Shown piece after piece: positions 47,601-56,203 of a DNA stretch of 64,000 nt. The stretch lies in assembly GCA_964508085.1 (NCBI GenBank), contig CAZDTI010000001.1:74-64073 (forward strand), given 5' to 3'. Every line of letters starts with the position of its first letter. Positions within the stretch are counted from its first letter, which is position 1. A program made the translations under genes and the position numbers. This DNA is from an uncultured Saprospiraceae bacterium (GTDB lineage Bacteria > Bacteroidota > Bacteroidia > Chitinophagales > Saprospiraceae). A model generated the notes under the pieces. That model had not been told where the DNA came from. It ran no database searches and saw only the letters and a program-made list of their open reading frames with translations.

Positions 47601-49342
47601 CGAATGGAAAATTAGACGTGAAAGCCCTTAATCAATTTCAAGAAAATGAAATAACAAGTGCAGATAGCTTTGTGGAAGCAAGAACTGATTTGGAACGAGA
47701 CCTAACAAATATTTGGGAAGAAGTCTTGAATGTAAAACCAATAGGGATTTATGATAATTTCTTTGAAATAGGAGGAGACTCTATTCTTAGTATTCAGATT
47801 AACGGTAGAGCGAGAAAGAAAGGGATTCATATATCCCCTAATCTATTATTTGAAAATCAAACCATTGCATCACTTTCAAGTGCAATAACACTTAATGAAG
47901 AAAATCTTCTTCAAGAAAAAAAGGAAAAAGAATACCTCAGTGCTGTACCTGTTCTGACTCCTATACAACATTGGTATTTTGAAACTCACCGTAATGCACC
48001 AGCACATTGGAACTTGGGATTACGATTTCAACCTTCAACCAGTATTTCGACAGACTTATTAAAAATTGCGATCCAGAAACTGATAGAACGACACGATGCT
48101 TTACGCATGGCTTTTAACGTCGATGAGAATGGTATTTGGAAACCAATGCTGCTAGATGTTCAAGGAGAAAATGTCTTTAGTATAATAGAAATATCTGTAA
48201 AGGGAGAAAAAGACGCCAACAATATAATTACAAGTCATATTCAAAAACAGAGTGAATCCTTTGCTCTTTCAGAAGGCAATTTATTTCAATGCGTTTATTT
48301 CAAATGTGAAAATGAATTAAAAGATCAAATATTACTTTTAGCACATCATCTTGTGTTGGATAATGTTTCTTGGAGTATAATTACACAGGATTTAGAAACA
48401 TTACTCGACCAACTATCAAAGAAAGAAAAGCCCAAATTAACTCCTTCAACTATTCCCTATAGTTTATGGAGCAATAAACTGGTAAGCATTGCGAATTCGG
48501 GTAAGTTAACAGTGGATTATAATTATTGGAAAAAGACAGCGGCCTGCTCGACGGATGAATTCCCTACTGATTTTGAAAAGTCAATGCCAGTCCTTGAAAA
48601 AAGTATTAATTATAGTACTTTTCGACTAGAAGCTGATTATACAGAACTATTGTTACAAAAGGTGCCTAAGCATAAAAGTATCCGTATTAATGAATTGTTA
48701 CTTTGTGGAATGATGATGGCTCTGAAAGATTGGAATAACATCAAGAGACTTCGTGTTGAAATGGAGGGTCATGGTAGAGAGTCACTTTTTGATGATTCTA
48801 CCTTTTTTAGCTCTGTAGGCTGGTTTACCGCTATATTTCCCGTCTTGCTGGAGTTAAACGAATCACTTGAAGTAGAGGATAATCTTAAACAGATTAAAGA
48901 GCAAGTTCGGAATGTTCCTAACAAGGGTATCACATATGGAATGCTTCGGTACCTAAGTGAATCTGAAGAAGTTCGAATGGATTTGTCTTGTACGACATCT
49001 GTTCTATTTAATTATTTAGGAGTGGAAAATGAATCAGGAAAGCGTATTTTAGGGAAGGGAAAAACAGTAGTAGAGGAGGCTCGCTCTCCATCAGGCGAAA
49101 GATACCATTGTCTTGAACTGAACATAAAAGTGCAAGATATGATTTTGGAAGTTAGTTGTGCTTACAGTAAAAGTCTATATCATCAAAATACAATTGATTC
49201 TTTCATGGATGAATATCAAAAGAATTTAATCAAATTGATTGACCATTGCATCTCTTCGGAAAAACAATCCTACACGCCTTCTGATTTTCCAGAGGCTGAT
49301 ATAAGCCAAGGTGATCTTGACGCTTTACTTGGTCAGTTATAA
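44654..49342 (+). CDS. non-ribosomal peptide synthetase, C-A-T-E module (NRPS-2)
   Basis: LCL-type C domain (LSSGQQRLWFLQEL; HHIVTDKWS at nt 45170). A domain (IIYTSGSVGKPKAV, AFDSS, NEYGPTEA, YKTGDLAVY, GRVDHQVKIRGHRIELAEIQ, PNGKLDVKAL). T domain (FFEIGGDSILSIQ). E domain (PIQHWYF, HHLVLDNVSW, EGHGRE, FNYLG). Confidence 0.95.
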   Translation: MSKFEKSNDLLKRWRSRNKNTGVERKEKGINISSKPTESPALLSSGQQRLWFLQELFSDNPFYHYADVYTLKGKLNEAILIKSFEFVVQRHSILRTTFHFEGESCTQRIHEKAVFDYGFIDLSQDSEGSKEQKSDALLREKAQVFFDLTEGPLLRVTLVKMTELKHKLAITMHHIVTDKWSMKILREELAFAYNEFSDGRKPSLNPLPFQYEDYAYWQQGKTIDPLQIAYWRDKLKDCSPNIKLFHQNQPRKETTYKGAFLSQKFTPDLSEKLKNLSAKTNTTLFVLLLTIYKLLLHRYSGQEDILVGTPFTNRNQSVLEKLIGFFNDTLVLRSDFSGELTFTELLKEIRQTVLDAFTNKDVPFETIVDTIKPERYLSSNPLFQVMFLFHKVPENPKMGQGIEIEYEPFDIGICKFDLTLYIAEAKDHISATIEYSLDLFDEPTIQRMQGHFLHLLEQVIENPNQKISELQLITAAERSQQLKNWNSTRIEKSEVVAIHHFFEKYAKATPEATALKFLDQSYSYKELDEKASYIAKGLVAAGVGSNIPVGICAERSMEMIVGVLAILKAGGVYLPIDPEYPSERITFMLEQAEVPFVLTQVDQTENFLDNNTEILTFQELYDAVYDDSTLVITEENKPSDLAYIIYTSGSVGKPKAVAVSHENIVHSTSARFSYYDDQPKSFLLLSSFAFDSSMVGIFWTLCSGGTLVIAEKKVEQNMQDLSSLFSKYQTTHTLLLPSLYALLLEQGVKKELASLNTVIVAGEECTSRLCSHHFERLPAVKLYNEYGPTEASVWCTAHRITKEDVESPVPIGRPIPNMEIFILDKNMSLVPIGVVGELYVGGVGVTKGYLNRPDLTEERFLNHPFNNGSKNKVYKTGDLAVYRPDGLIDFLGRVDHQVKIRGHRIELAEIQKTMLLHPAIDDVVVMLLKQKQDQGYTTKRIGAYYTINKDLESKELKGFIKSRLPAYMLPAAFFQLPKFPKLPNGKLDVKALNQFQENEITSADSFVEARTDLERDLTNIWEEVLNVKPIGIYDNFFEIGGDSILSIQINGRARKKGIHISPNLLFENQTIASLSSAITLNEENLLQEKKEKEYLSAVPVLTPIQHWYFETHRNAPAHWNLGLRFQPSTSISTDLLKIAIQKLIERHDALRMAFNVDENGIWKPMLLDVQGENVFSIIEISVKGEKDANNIITSHIQKQSESFALSEGNLFQCVYFKCENELKDQILLLAHHLVLDNVSWSIITQDLETLLDQLSKKEKPKLTPSTIPYSLWSNKLVSIANSGKLTVDYNYWKKTAACSTDEFPTDFEKSMPVLEKSINYSTFRLEADYTELLLQKVPKHKSIRINELLLCGMMMALKDWNNIKRLRVEMEGHGRESLFDDSTFFSSVGWFTAIFPVLLELNESLEVEDNLKQIKEQVRNVPNKGITYGMLRYLSESEEVRMDLSCTTSVLFNYLGVENESGKRILGKGKTVVEEARSPSGERYHCLELNIKVQDMILEVSCAYSKSLYHQNTIDSFMDEYQKNLIKLIDHCISSEKQSYTPSDFPEADISQGDLDALLGQL

Positions 49343-49347
49343 ATTAA

Positions 49348-51762
49348 ATGCAGATTATGAAAAGTGCAAAGATAGAAGCCATACTACCATTAAATTTTTT
49401 ACAGCGAGCTTTACTCTTCCACAGTTTATTGGGACAAAAAGATCAGGGGTTTCTCCATGTTACTTCCACATTCAAAGGAGTATTGAATAAAGATTTTTTT
49501 CAAAAGTCTTTGAATGAGATAGTTAGACGACATGAGGTTTTACGTACTTCCATTCACTGGAAAGAAATTAAGAGTCCACTTCAGGTGGTACACCCTTCCG
49601 GAACGATCAAATGTATTTTCGAAGATTGGACAGATTTGGATAGTAAGGTACAAAATCAAAAGCTAATTGAGTTCAGGGAAGCTGACGAGAAGAAGGGCTT
49701 GGATTTATCAAAAAAACCAGTAACCAGAATCGTTATTTTTCAATTGAAATCAGAAGAGTATCTAATGTTGTGGACCTGTCACCACATCTTATTAGATGGC
49801 TGGTCTGCTTCTAATATTATTAAAGACCTATTTGCATATTATGACGGATGGAGTAGGGGGGAAGCAGTAAAACTTAATCCAATACCAAAATATAAAGATT
49901 ATCTGAAAGAATTGGATGGTTTTGATTTTAGTGCAAGCCAATCTTTTTGGTCTGAAACCATGGCAGATTTTAATTCGCCCACATTAATTAACAATGAGAC
50001 TACAAATGTCTTAGATAGGAAACCTAATCTAGAAAAGGAATCTGTAATTCTTGATGCCCCTAATTTTCAAATACTAAAAAAACTCGCCCGCCAGAATCGA
50101 GTCACATTGAATTCTTTAATTCAAGGACTTTGGGCTTTATTACTCGCCAAACTCGCTCATCAACATGATGTCGTTTTTGGAACCACTGTTTCTATTCGAT
50201 CAGATAAATTGAATAATGCTGAAGAGATGGCGGGTCTTTTTGTAAATATGATTCCTGTGCGTGTCCAAGTAAAAGAGGATATACATTTATTTGAGTGGTT
50301 AAAGACAATTCAACAACAACAGCTTCAGATTCGAAATCACCATTACGTCTCTCTCGATCAAATCATTTCTTGGATGAATTGGCCTGGCTTCAAACCACTT
50401 TTTGATACCCTTCTTGTCGTCGAAAACTTCCCATGGAAAAATATTCAAAGTGGTGGGATAGAAGTAATAGACTTTGAAGGGGGAATTACCTCCACTTACC
50501 CTTTAACCATTATGGTTAAACCACTCGAGGAACTTGAATTTACACTACTTTACGATACTAATTTAGTTGGAAAGGAATCTATAGATTGGATTTTGAAGAA
50601 CATAATGGTTCAATTTACAGAAATCATAAGAAATGGAGATTTAAAAGTTTCGTCTTTATTAGAGCAAATATCTCCTCCAACCTTCACAAATAAAGAAAAA
50701 GAGCCAAAGGTTAGTATGGAAATAAATTCATTAAATTTCCGATCTGATTATTTGCCTCCGGAGAATAAACTGGAATTAGAATTAACTAAAATATGGGAAG
50801 AAATATTTGGCTTTTCCCCAATAGGAGTTAATGATAACTTCTTCGAAATAGGGGGTAAATCAATACTAGCAGTCCAATTATTTGCACAAATTGAGCGTAA
50901 ATTAGGTTATAATCTTTCTCCAATTACTTTATTACAACATACTAGTATAAAGGCTATTAGTACAATTATAAAGAGTGATAGTGCAGTGCTTCATTGGAAG
51001 TCATTGGTGCCTATCAATATTCAAGGAGAAAAGCCGCCACTCTTCTGCCTTCATGCAAAGGGCGGTCACGTATTTTTTTACAATGCTCTAGCGAAACATT
51101 TAGGAGACGATCAGCCCGTTTATGCTTTGCAACCAAAGGGATTAGATGGAGTGGAACCATTATATGAGAGTATCGAAGAAATGGCCACACATTATCTAAC
51201 CGAAATTAAAACAATTCAGCCTAATGGTCCTTATGCTTTGTTGGCTACTTGCTTTAGCAATGCAGTGGGGCTTGAAATGGCGCAACAGCTTCATAACCAA
51301 GGAGAAAAAGTATCTATTTTGGCCATGGTCGATGCTTCTCCTGGAATATTACAAGAACACATCCCTGATCCCTTACCTAAGTGGAAAAGGGTAGTACAAG
51401 TCTTAAAAAAAGATGGTCTGGAATCGACTGGTAAGAAGGTAATTCAAAAGCTGGAAAATTCTTTTAAAAAGAAGAGTGATGAGAAAAAATCGAAACAAGA
51501 ATTGGCACTTATAAAAGTGCAAGAAAAATTAGATTTCATTTTTAGAAAATATAGAAGAAAGGCATATGAAGGGAAAGTGACTTTAATTAGGAGTAGTGAG
51601 TTTGAGGAAAGGTCCGATAAAGTTTTTCATGTTGAAGAGTGGGAAGAAATCTCTACGCAGCCTTTAGAAATCATAGTTGTTCCAGGGCACCATCAAAGCC
51701 TATTTTTAGAACCAGAAGTCATAGGGCTAGCTAAAGGTTTAGCTCAATGCCTACCTAAATAA
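49348..51762 (+). CDS. non-ribosomal peptide synthetase termination module C-T-TE with no A domain (NRPS-3)
   Basis: C domain (LPLNFLQRALLFH; CHHILLDGWS). Only ~30 aa separate it from the T domain (FFEIGGKSILAVQ). TE domain (LFCLHAKGGHVFFY, GPYALLATCFSNAVGLEMA, MVDASP, VPGHHQSLF). Confidence 0.9.
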   Translation: MQIMKSAKIEAILPLNFLQRALLFHSLLGQKDQGFLHVTSTFKGVLNKDFFQKSLNEIVRRHEVLRTSIHWKEIKSPLQVVHPSGTIKCIFEDWTDLDSKVQNQKLIEFREADEKKGLDLSKKPVTRIVIFQLKSEEYLMLWTCHHILLDGWSASNIIKDLFAYYDGWSRGEAVKLNPIPKYKDYLKELDGFDFSASQSFWSETMADFNSPTLINNETTNVLDRKPNLEKESVILDAPNFQILKKLARQNRVTLNSLIQGLWALLLAKLAHQHDVVFGTTVSIRSDKLNNAEEMAGLFVNMIPVRVQVKEDIHLFEWLKTIQQQQLQIRNHHYVSLDQIISWMNWPGFKPLFDTLLVVENFPWKNIQSGGIEVIDFEGGITSTYPLTIMVKPLEELEFTLLYDTNLVGKESIDWILKNIMVQFTEIIRNGDLKVSSLLEQISPPTFTNKEKEPKVSMEINSLNFRSDYLPPENKLELELTKIWEEIFGFSPIGVNDNFFEIGGKSILAVQLFAQIERKLGYNLSPITLLQHTSIKAISTIIKSDSAVLHWKSLVPINIQGEKPPLFCLHAKGGHVFFYNALAKHLGDDQPVYALQPKGLDGVEPLYESIEEMATHYLTEIKTIQPNGPYALLATCFSNAVGLEMAQQLHNQGEKVSILAMVDASPGILQEHIPDPLPKWKRVVQVLKKDGLESTGKKVIQKLENSFKKKSDEKKSKQELALIKVQEKLDFIFRKYRRKAYEGKVTLIRSSEFEERSDKVFHVEEWEEISTQPLEIIVVPGHHQSLFLEPEVIGLAKGLAQCLPK

Positions 51763-51768
51763 GAAAAT

Positions 51769-51793
51769 GCTGAGTAATTAGGTATTACTCAGC
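51769..51793. terminator. bidirectional hairpin between the convergent NRPS-3 and dehydrogenase genes
   Basis: GCTGAGTAAT (51769-51778) pairs perfectly with ATTACTCAGC (51784-51793). The loop is 5 nt. Confidence 0.6.
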
Positions 51794-51823
51794 AGAACTA
51801 GAATTTCATTGGTATAAAATCCT

Positions 51824-53176
51824 TTATAATGAGAAGTAATCTGTTTCTTCGATTCGGCCTTTCATGACCCCTTTTATATCCATGATAAAACCATCGGCGG
51901 ACATCATTTTGCGATAATCCATTTCCTCAAGTTGGTAGAATTCTTTGTGGCCAACAGCAATGACCACTGCGTCGAAATCCTTCTGAGAAAGGTCTGATAA
52001 ATTGAAACCGTAAAGCGCTTTGGTTTCAACGGGACAAGCCAATGGGTCATGAATGAATACAGAGCCGCAGGTTTTTTGCAAATGGTTAGCGACATTCGCG
52101 GCTTTAGAATTCCTAATATCTGTTACATCCTCTTTAAAGGTGACCCCCAGAATAAGAACCTTTGATTGACTTGGATTTTTGCCTCTGGCCTTCAACTCCT
52201 GAATAATTTTTTGTGTGATTTTCACAGGCATTCCGTCATTAACGGTACGGCTTGCGGAGATTAGTATGGGATTGTGGCCCACTCGAATGGCCTTTTGAAT
52301 TAGGTAGTAAGGATCAACGCCAATGCAATGTCCGCCTACTAAGCCGGGATAGAATTTTAGAAAATTCCATTTCGTACTTGCAGCCTCCAAAACATCTAAT
52401 GTATTTACATCCAATTTTTCAAAGATCAGGGAAAGCTCATTCATTAGCGCTATGTTCATATCACGCTGTGTGTTTTCAACAATTTTTGCGGCCTCCGCCA
52501 CTTTAATGGTTGGTGCCCTGTGTATCCCTGCTTTGATAATAGAAGAATATACCTCTGCAATGGTTCGTAAAGCTTCCTCATCAGAACCCGATACAATTTT
52601 TACGATCTTATCAATCGTATTGGTTTTATCTCCTGGATTGATTCGTTCTGGTGAATACCCTACTTTGAAGTCAACGTTTAGTTTTAAACCAGAATGTTTT
52701 TCTAAAATAGGAATACATACTTCCTCTGTACATCCCGGATAAACCGTAGATTCAAAAACCACATAATCTCCTTTTTTCAATCCTTTTGCAATAGTAGAAG
52801 TAGCTGCTCTAAGGGCCGTCAAATCCGGTTGATTATAGACATCAATAGGTGTTGGAACGGCCACAATGTAAAATTGCGCTTCTGCTAGAACTTCGTGATC
52901 CCAGGTATACTTAATGTCTTTATGTTTGAACTGCCAATGCTCCATCTCTGCTGATGGATCTTCTCCTCTTTTGATCATTGCAACTCGTGCTTCATTGATG
53001 TCAAAACCAATAACAGAGAATTGACGTGCAAATTCAAGAGCCACTGGCAACCCGACATAGCCTAAGCCAACCACAGCTAAATTTGCCGTTTTGTTTTGTA
53101 AGGAATTGAATAAATCTTGATTTGCTGAAGCAAGAGAAGTGCTGTTGACTTGTTGTGTATTCGGACGCGAATTCAT
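51824..53176 (-). CDS. nucleotide-sugar dehydrogenase (UDP-GlcNAc/ManNAc/GalNAc 6-dehydrogenase class)
   Basis: NAD-binding motif LAVVGLGYVGLPVALEF. Catalytic region GGHCIGVDPYY. Confidence 0.85.
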   Translation of the reverse strand: MNSRPNTQQVNSTSLASANQDLFNSLQNKTANLAVVGLGYVGLPVALEFARQFSVIGFDINEARVAMIKRGEDPSAEMEHWQFKHKDIKYTWDHEVLAEAQFYIVAVPTPIDVYNQPDLTALRAATSTIAKGLKKGDYVVFESTVYPGCTEEVCIPILEKHSGLKLNVDFKVGYSPERINPGDKTNTIDKIVKIVSGSDEEALRTIAEVYSSIIKAGIHRAPTIKVAEAAKIVENTQRDMNIALMNELSLIFEKLDVNTLDVLEAASTKWNFLKFYPGLVGGHCIGVDPYYLIQKAIRVGHNPILISASRTVNDGMPVKITQKIIQELKARGKNPSQSKVLILGVTFKEDVTDIRNSKAANVANHLQKTCGSVFIHDPLACPVETKALYGFNLSDLSQKDFDAVVIAVGHKEFYQLEEMDYRKMMSADGFIMDIKGVMKGRIEETDYFSL

Positions 53177-53369
53177 GATAATTTCTAGTTTACGTTAATA
53201 AGGAAATCTCCATTCAGAAAGAATGAAGGACTTAGCCGAGGGGCTTGAAGGTGGGGTGATTCCTAAAGAAATATTTGTGTTTTATGAATCGGTATGGAGA
53301 GCTATTATACAGTTAGGCAAAAAGAGTTCCAGTTTTAAAAAATTGAAATAAATGCAACTCGCTGAAACG

Positions 53370-54209
53370 CTACGAAGCATTTTTCTTCTTATGAACCAAT
53401 TCAAAAACAGCAGTAAATGCATCATACTGGGACTTCACTTTAGTATCGCTTCTTCTATCAAAACTATATCTGGAGTTGAAAATAGGAATGGTGTGTAATT
53501 GGTATCCTTTTTTACGAGCTAGCAATGGTAGTAACACATCTACACCCCATTTTAATTTGTAGTTTTTAACGACCTGATACGTCAATACTTCTTCAAGAAT
53601 ATGAAGTGGGTAAAGCTGGGTACCTCCTGAGACAGGGTCATAATTTTCAAGTCCTAGCTTTTTCTTTAAATAGTTATCCGTTCGCTTCTTCCTTGCTTGT
53701 TCGTAGAAAGTCATTACTTTTTCGTTGGGAATAATTCTAATACCAACTAAAACAGTTGATTCGAAGCAGAAGTCAGGGGAGGATATGGTATCGAAAAATT
53801 TGGAAAGTACTTCTTGGTGAGAGAAATCATGATCCATATCTAGCTTTATGACCATGCTTGGTTTTTTGGAAACGGCTAGTTTGAAAAGTTTCAACATCGT
53901 TTGGGCTGTGCCAATATTCTGTTCATTTTCTATAAGATAGATTGGATACTTAATATTAAAATATAGTTTTAGGTATTTCATAATCTCCTCTGAAGTATTA
54001 TCCGTACTTCCATCGTTAACCAATAGTATTTGGCAATAATACTGGGAGTACTTTTCCAGAGTCGCTGTGATATTGGACAGAATTTCGTGAACATTGTCTT
54101 CTTCGTTAAAAACAGGAATTACAATGTTTATAGTAGCAAGGTTTTCAATAGTATGCACAGAATCTATTTGATTAGTTACAGAAAAAATACTGCATTTGCA
54201 GAAATGCAA
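53370..54209 (-). CDS. family 2 glycosyltransferase
   Basis: INIVIPVFNEEDNV and ILLVNDGSTDNT (the DxD-region pattern of GT-A/GT2). Confidence 0.7.
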   Translation of the reverse strand: MHFCKCSIFSVTNQIDSVHTIENLATINIVIPVFNEEDNVHEILSNITATLEKYSQYYCQILLVNDGSTDNTSEEIMKYLKLYFNIKYPIYLIENEQNIGTAQTMLKLFKLAVSKKPSMVIKLDMDHDFSHQEVLSKFFDTISSPDFCFESTVLVGIRIIPNEKVMTFYEQARKKRTDNYLKKKLGLENYDPVSGGTQLYPLHILEEVLTYQVVKNYKLKWGVDVLLPLLARKKGYQLHTIPIFNSRYSFDRRSDTKVKSQYDAFTAVFELVHKKKNAS

Positions 54210-54385
54210 AGTTTGTACCCTTTTGGGTCTAGGTGATATTGAACTTTAAGAGTAATAAAGCTATTCGGAGAAAGAAGGTTAAAGTTCCAGATTACATTAT
54301 GATTATCTATAATAAGTGTTAATTTTGTTGAAAAATTTGGAAAACTCAATCAATATTGAGTACATTTGTTGCTCAATATCAAACA

Positions 54386-54919
54386 ATGATAGAGACCCTT
54401 ATTTCCTCAAAAACACGTATAAAGCTGCTACTGAAGTTCTTCTTGAATAGTAACACTACTGCGTATTTGAGGTCACTGCAAGGCGAATTTGGCGAAAGTA
54501 CCAACGGAATTCGTGTAGAATTAAACAGAATGGAGAATGCTGGAATGTTGACTTCTAAACCTGTTGGGAATAAGAAAGTCTTTCAGGCGAATACCAAACA
54601 TCCATTATATAAAGAGATCAATAGTATTATTATGAAATACGTTGGTCTGGATAGTATCATTGAAAATGTGGTCGAGCGATTAGGAGCAGTTCAGCAAGTG
54701 TATCTGGCAGGAGAATTTAGTAAGGGCTTGGATAGCCAAGTCATAGATTTAATATTTGTAGGGGATGTAGATAAAACCTACTTGATTGGTTTGATAGAAA
54801 AATCAGAGAAGTTGATAAAGCGGAAAATTCGATATCTCGTTTATGCTGCGGAGGAAGGAGAATCCATTGATTGGGGACAGTTTGAACCCAAACCATTGTT
54901 ACTTTGGTCAGCGGACTAG
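54386..54919 (+). CDS. winged-helix (ArsR-like) transcriptional regulator with C-terminal nucleotidyltransferase-like domain
   Basis: Start taken at ATG 54386 (MIETLISSKTRIKLLLKFF...). wHTH region AYLRSLQGEFGESTNGIRVELNRMENAGML. Confidence 0.5.
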   Translation: MIETLISSKTRIKLLLKFFLNSNTTAYLRSLQGEFGESTNGIRVELNRMENAGMLTSKPVGNKKVFQANTKHPLYKEINSIIMKYVGLDSIIENVVERLGAVQQVYLAGEFSKGLDSQVIDLIFVGDVDKTYLIGLIEKSEKLIKRKIRYLVYAAEEGESIDWGQFEPKPLLLWSAD

Positions 54920-54982
54920 AGTTTCGGAAACGCAGGTTTCCACCACACACGGTAAACTTTGATGTTATAATAATAGGTGCAG

Positions 54983-55022
54983 GAATTGCGGGGTCTATTT
55001 CTTCGGAAGTGACCCGCAATTC
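54983..55022 (+). terminator. hairpin after the regulator gene
   Basis: GAATTGCGGGGTC pairs with GACCCGCAATTC (one bulge). A nested CTTCGGAAG sits in the loop, and TACTTTTG follows. Confidence 0.45.
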
Positions 55023-55177
55023 TACTTTTGCCTAAAGAAAAAACTACACAACAACATTTGAATAAGAAGCGACTACGCTATGCTTATTCAAAAGAAACAA
55101 TACCGTTTTTCTAATTTGTCGGAGGCCGCCATTTTAACCTATGCGGATACTCCGTTTTTTTTGAAAACACCTAACCG

Positions 55178-55738
55178 ATGTCCACGACAGATAAATACGA
55201 AAACCATCTTCATGCTACTGACCAACGTTGGTTCGCAGTATATACGAGTTATAAGCGAGAGAAGGTTGTTCGTAAAATGCTGGCATCAAAAGGCATAGAT
55301 GTTTATTTGCCGATTCAGAAAGTGACCCGACGTTATGTACGAAAGGTAAAGCATCTGGAACTGCCATTAATAAACTGCTACATTTTCGTAAAGATTACCA
55401 AAGCAGGATACATTAAGGTGTTGGAAACAGAACATGTACTCAAGTTCATTCGCTTTTCCAATAACCTGCTCTCCATCCCGGAAGCAGAGATTCAACTTAT
55501 GAAAAGGATAATAGGAGAGGAGGTCGACTTTACGGTCGAGCAGGCTACTTTTGTGCAAGGTGAAAAAGTGGAAGTTATTGGAGGTGCTTTGACGGGACTG
55601 GAAGGAACATTAATTTCAGAAGCGGGTCAACAACGGTTTTTGGTGGAGTTGACGAATATTGGGGTTCGGTTTCAGATGGAAATTGATCCGTCTTTATTAA
55701 GGTTAAAGAAAGGTGTTTTGGGGAAGGTGGAAGGGTAG
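55178..55738 (+). CDS. UpxY-family (NusG-like) transcription antiterminator
   Basis: NGN-like RWFAVYTSYKREKVV...LPLINCYIFVKI. KOW-like FVQGEKVEVIGGALTGLEGTLI. Confidence 0.8.
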   Translation: MSTTDKYENHLHATDQRWFAVYTSYKREKVVRKMLASKGIDVYLPIQKVTRRYVRKVKHLELPLINCYIFVKITKAGYIKVLETEHVLKFIRFSNNLLSIPEAEIQLMKRIIGEEVDFTVEQATFVQGEKVEVIGGALTGLEGTLISEAGQQRFLVELTNIGVRFQMEIDPSLLRLKKGVLGKVEG

Positions 55739-56203
55739 TCTTATTTGGTGTCCGGTTTTCGGTTGGACGTACCATTTTTAAGATAGGATTTGATTAGTTG
55801 TAGGATTTTCGCAGCTTATGGAATGCGATAGAAGGAAGTTAAAAGTTATTTACAGCCACTTGGCTAATATAAGACATACACCACCTCGGAGATTAAGTCG
55901 TTGCGACTTATCATCGGCGAAGCCGTAAAAAGTTGGTTGTGTTAAATGGTTATCTAGATAGATTAAGTGATGTTTTTGATATAATCATTTCGGTGAGGTC
56001 TTCGACGACCTACTTTTTCTTGGCAAAAAGTAGGCAAAAGCTAAAGCCAATCAAAGGCTGTTGCATACAGGCCGTCACCCGCTCCCTCATGATTGGCCAT
56101 TCCCAGCCTGCCTGGCTTCGCCGAACAGACAAGCGCCCTCCACTGTAACGTGGGAGTCGTAGATTGTACGCTAAGTTTTTTCAATAAAAGGTTTAATAAT
56201 TAA

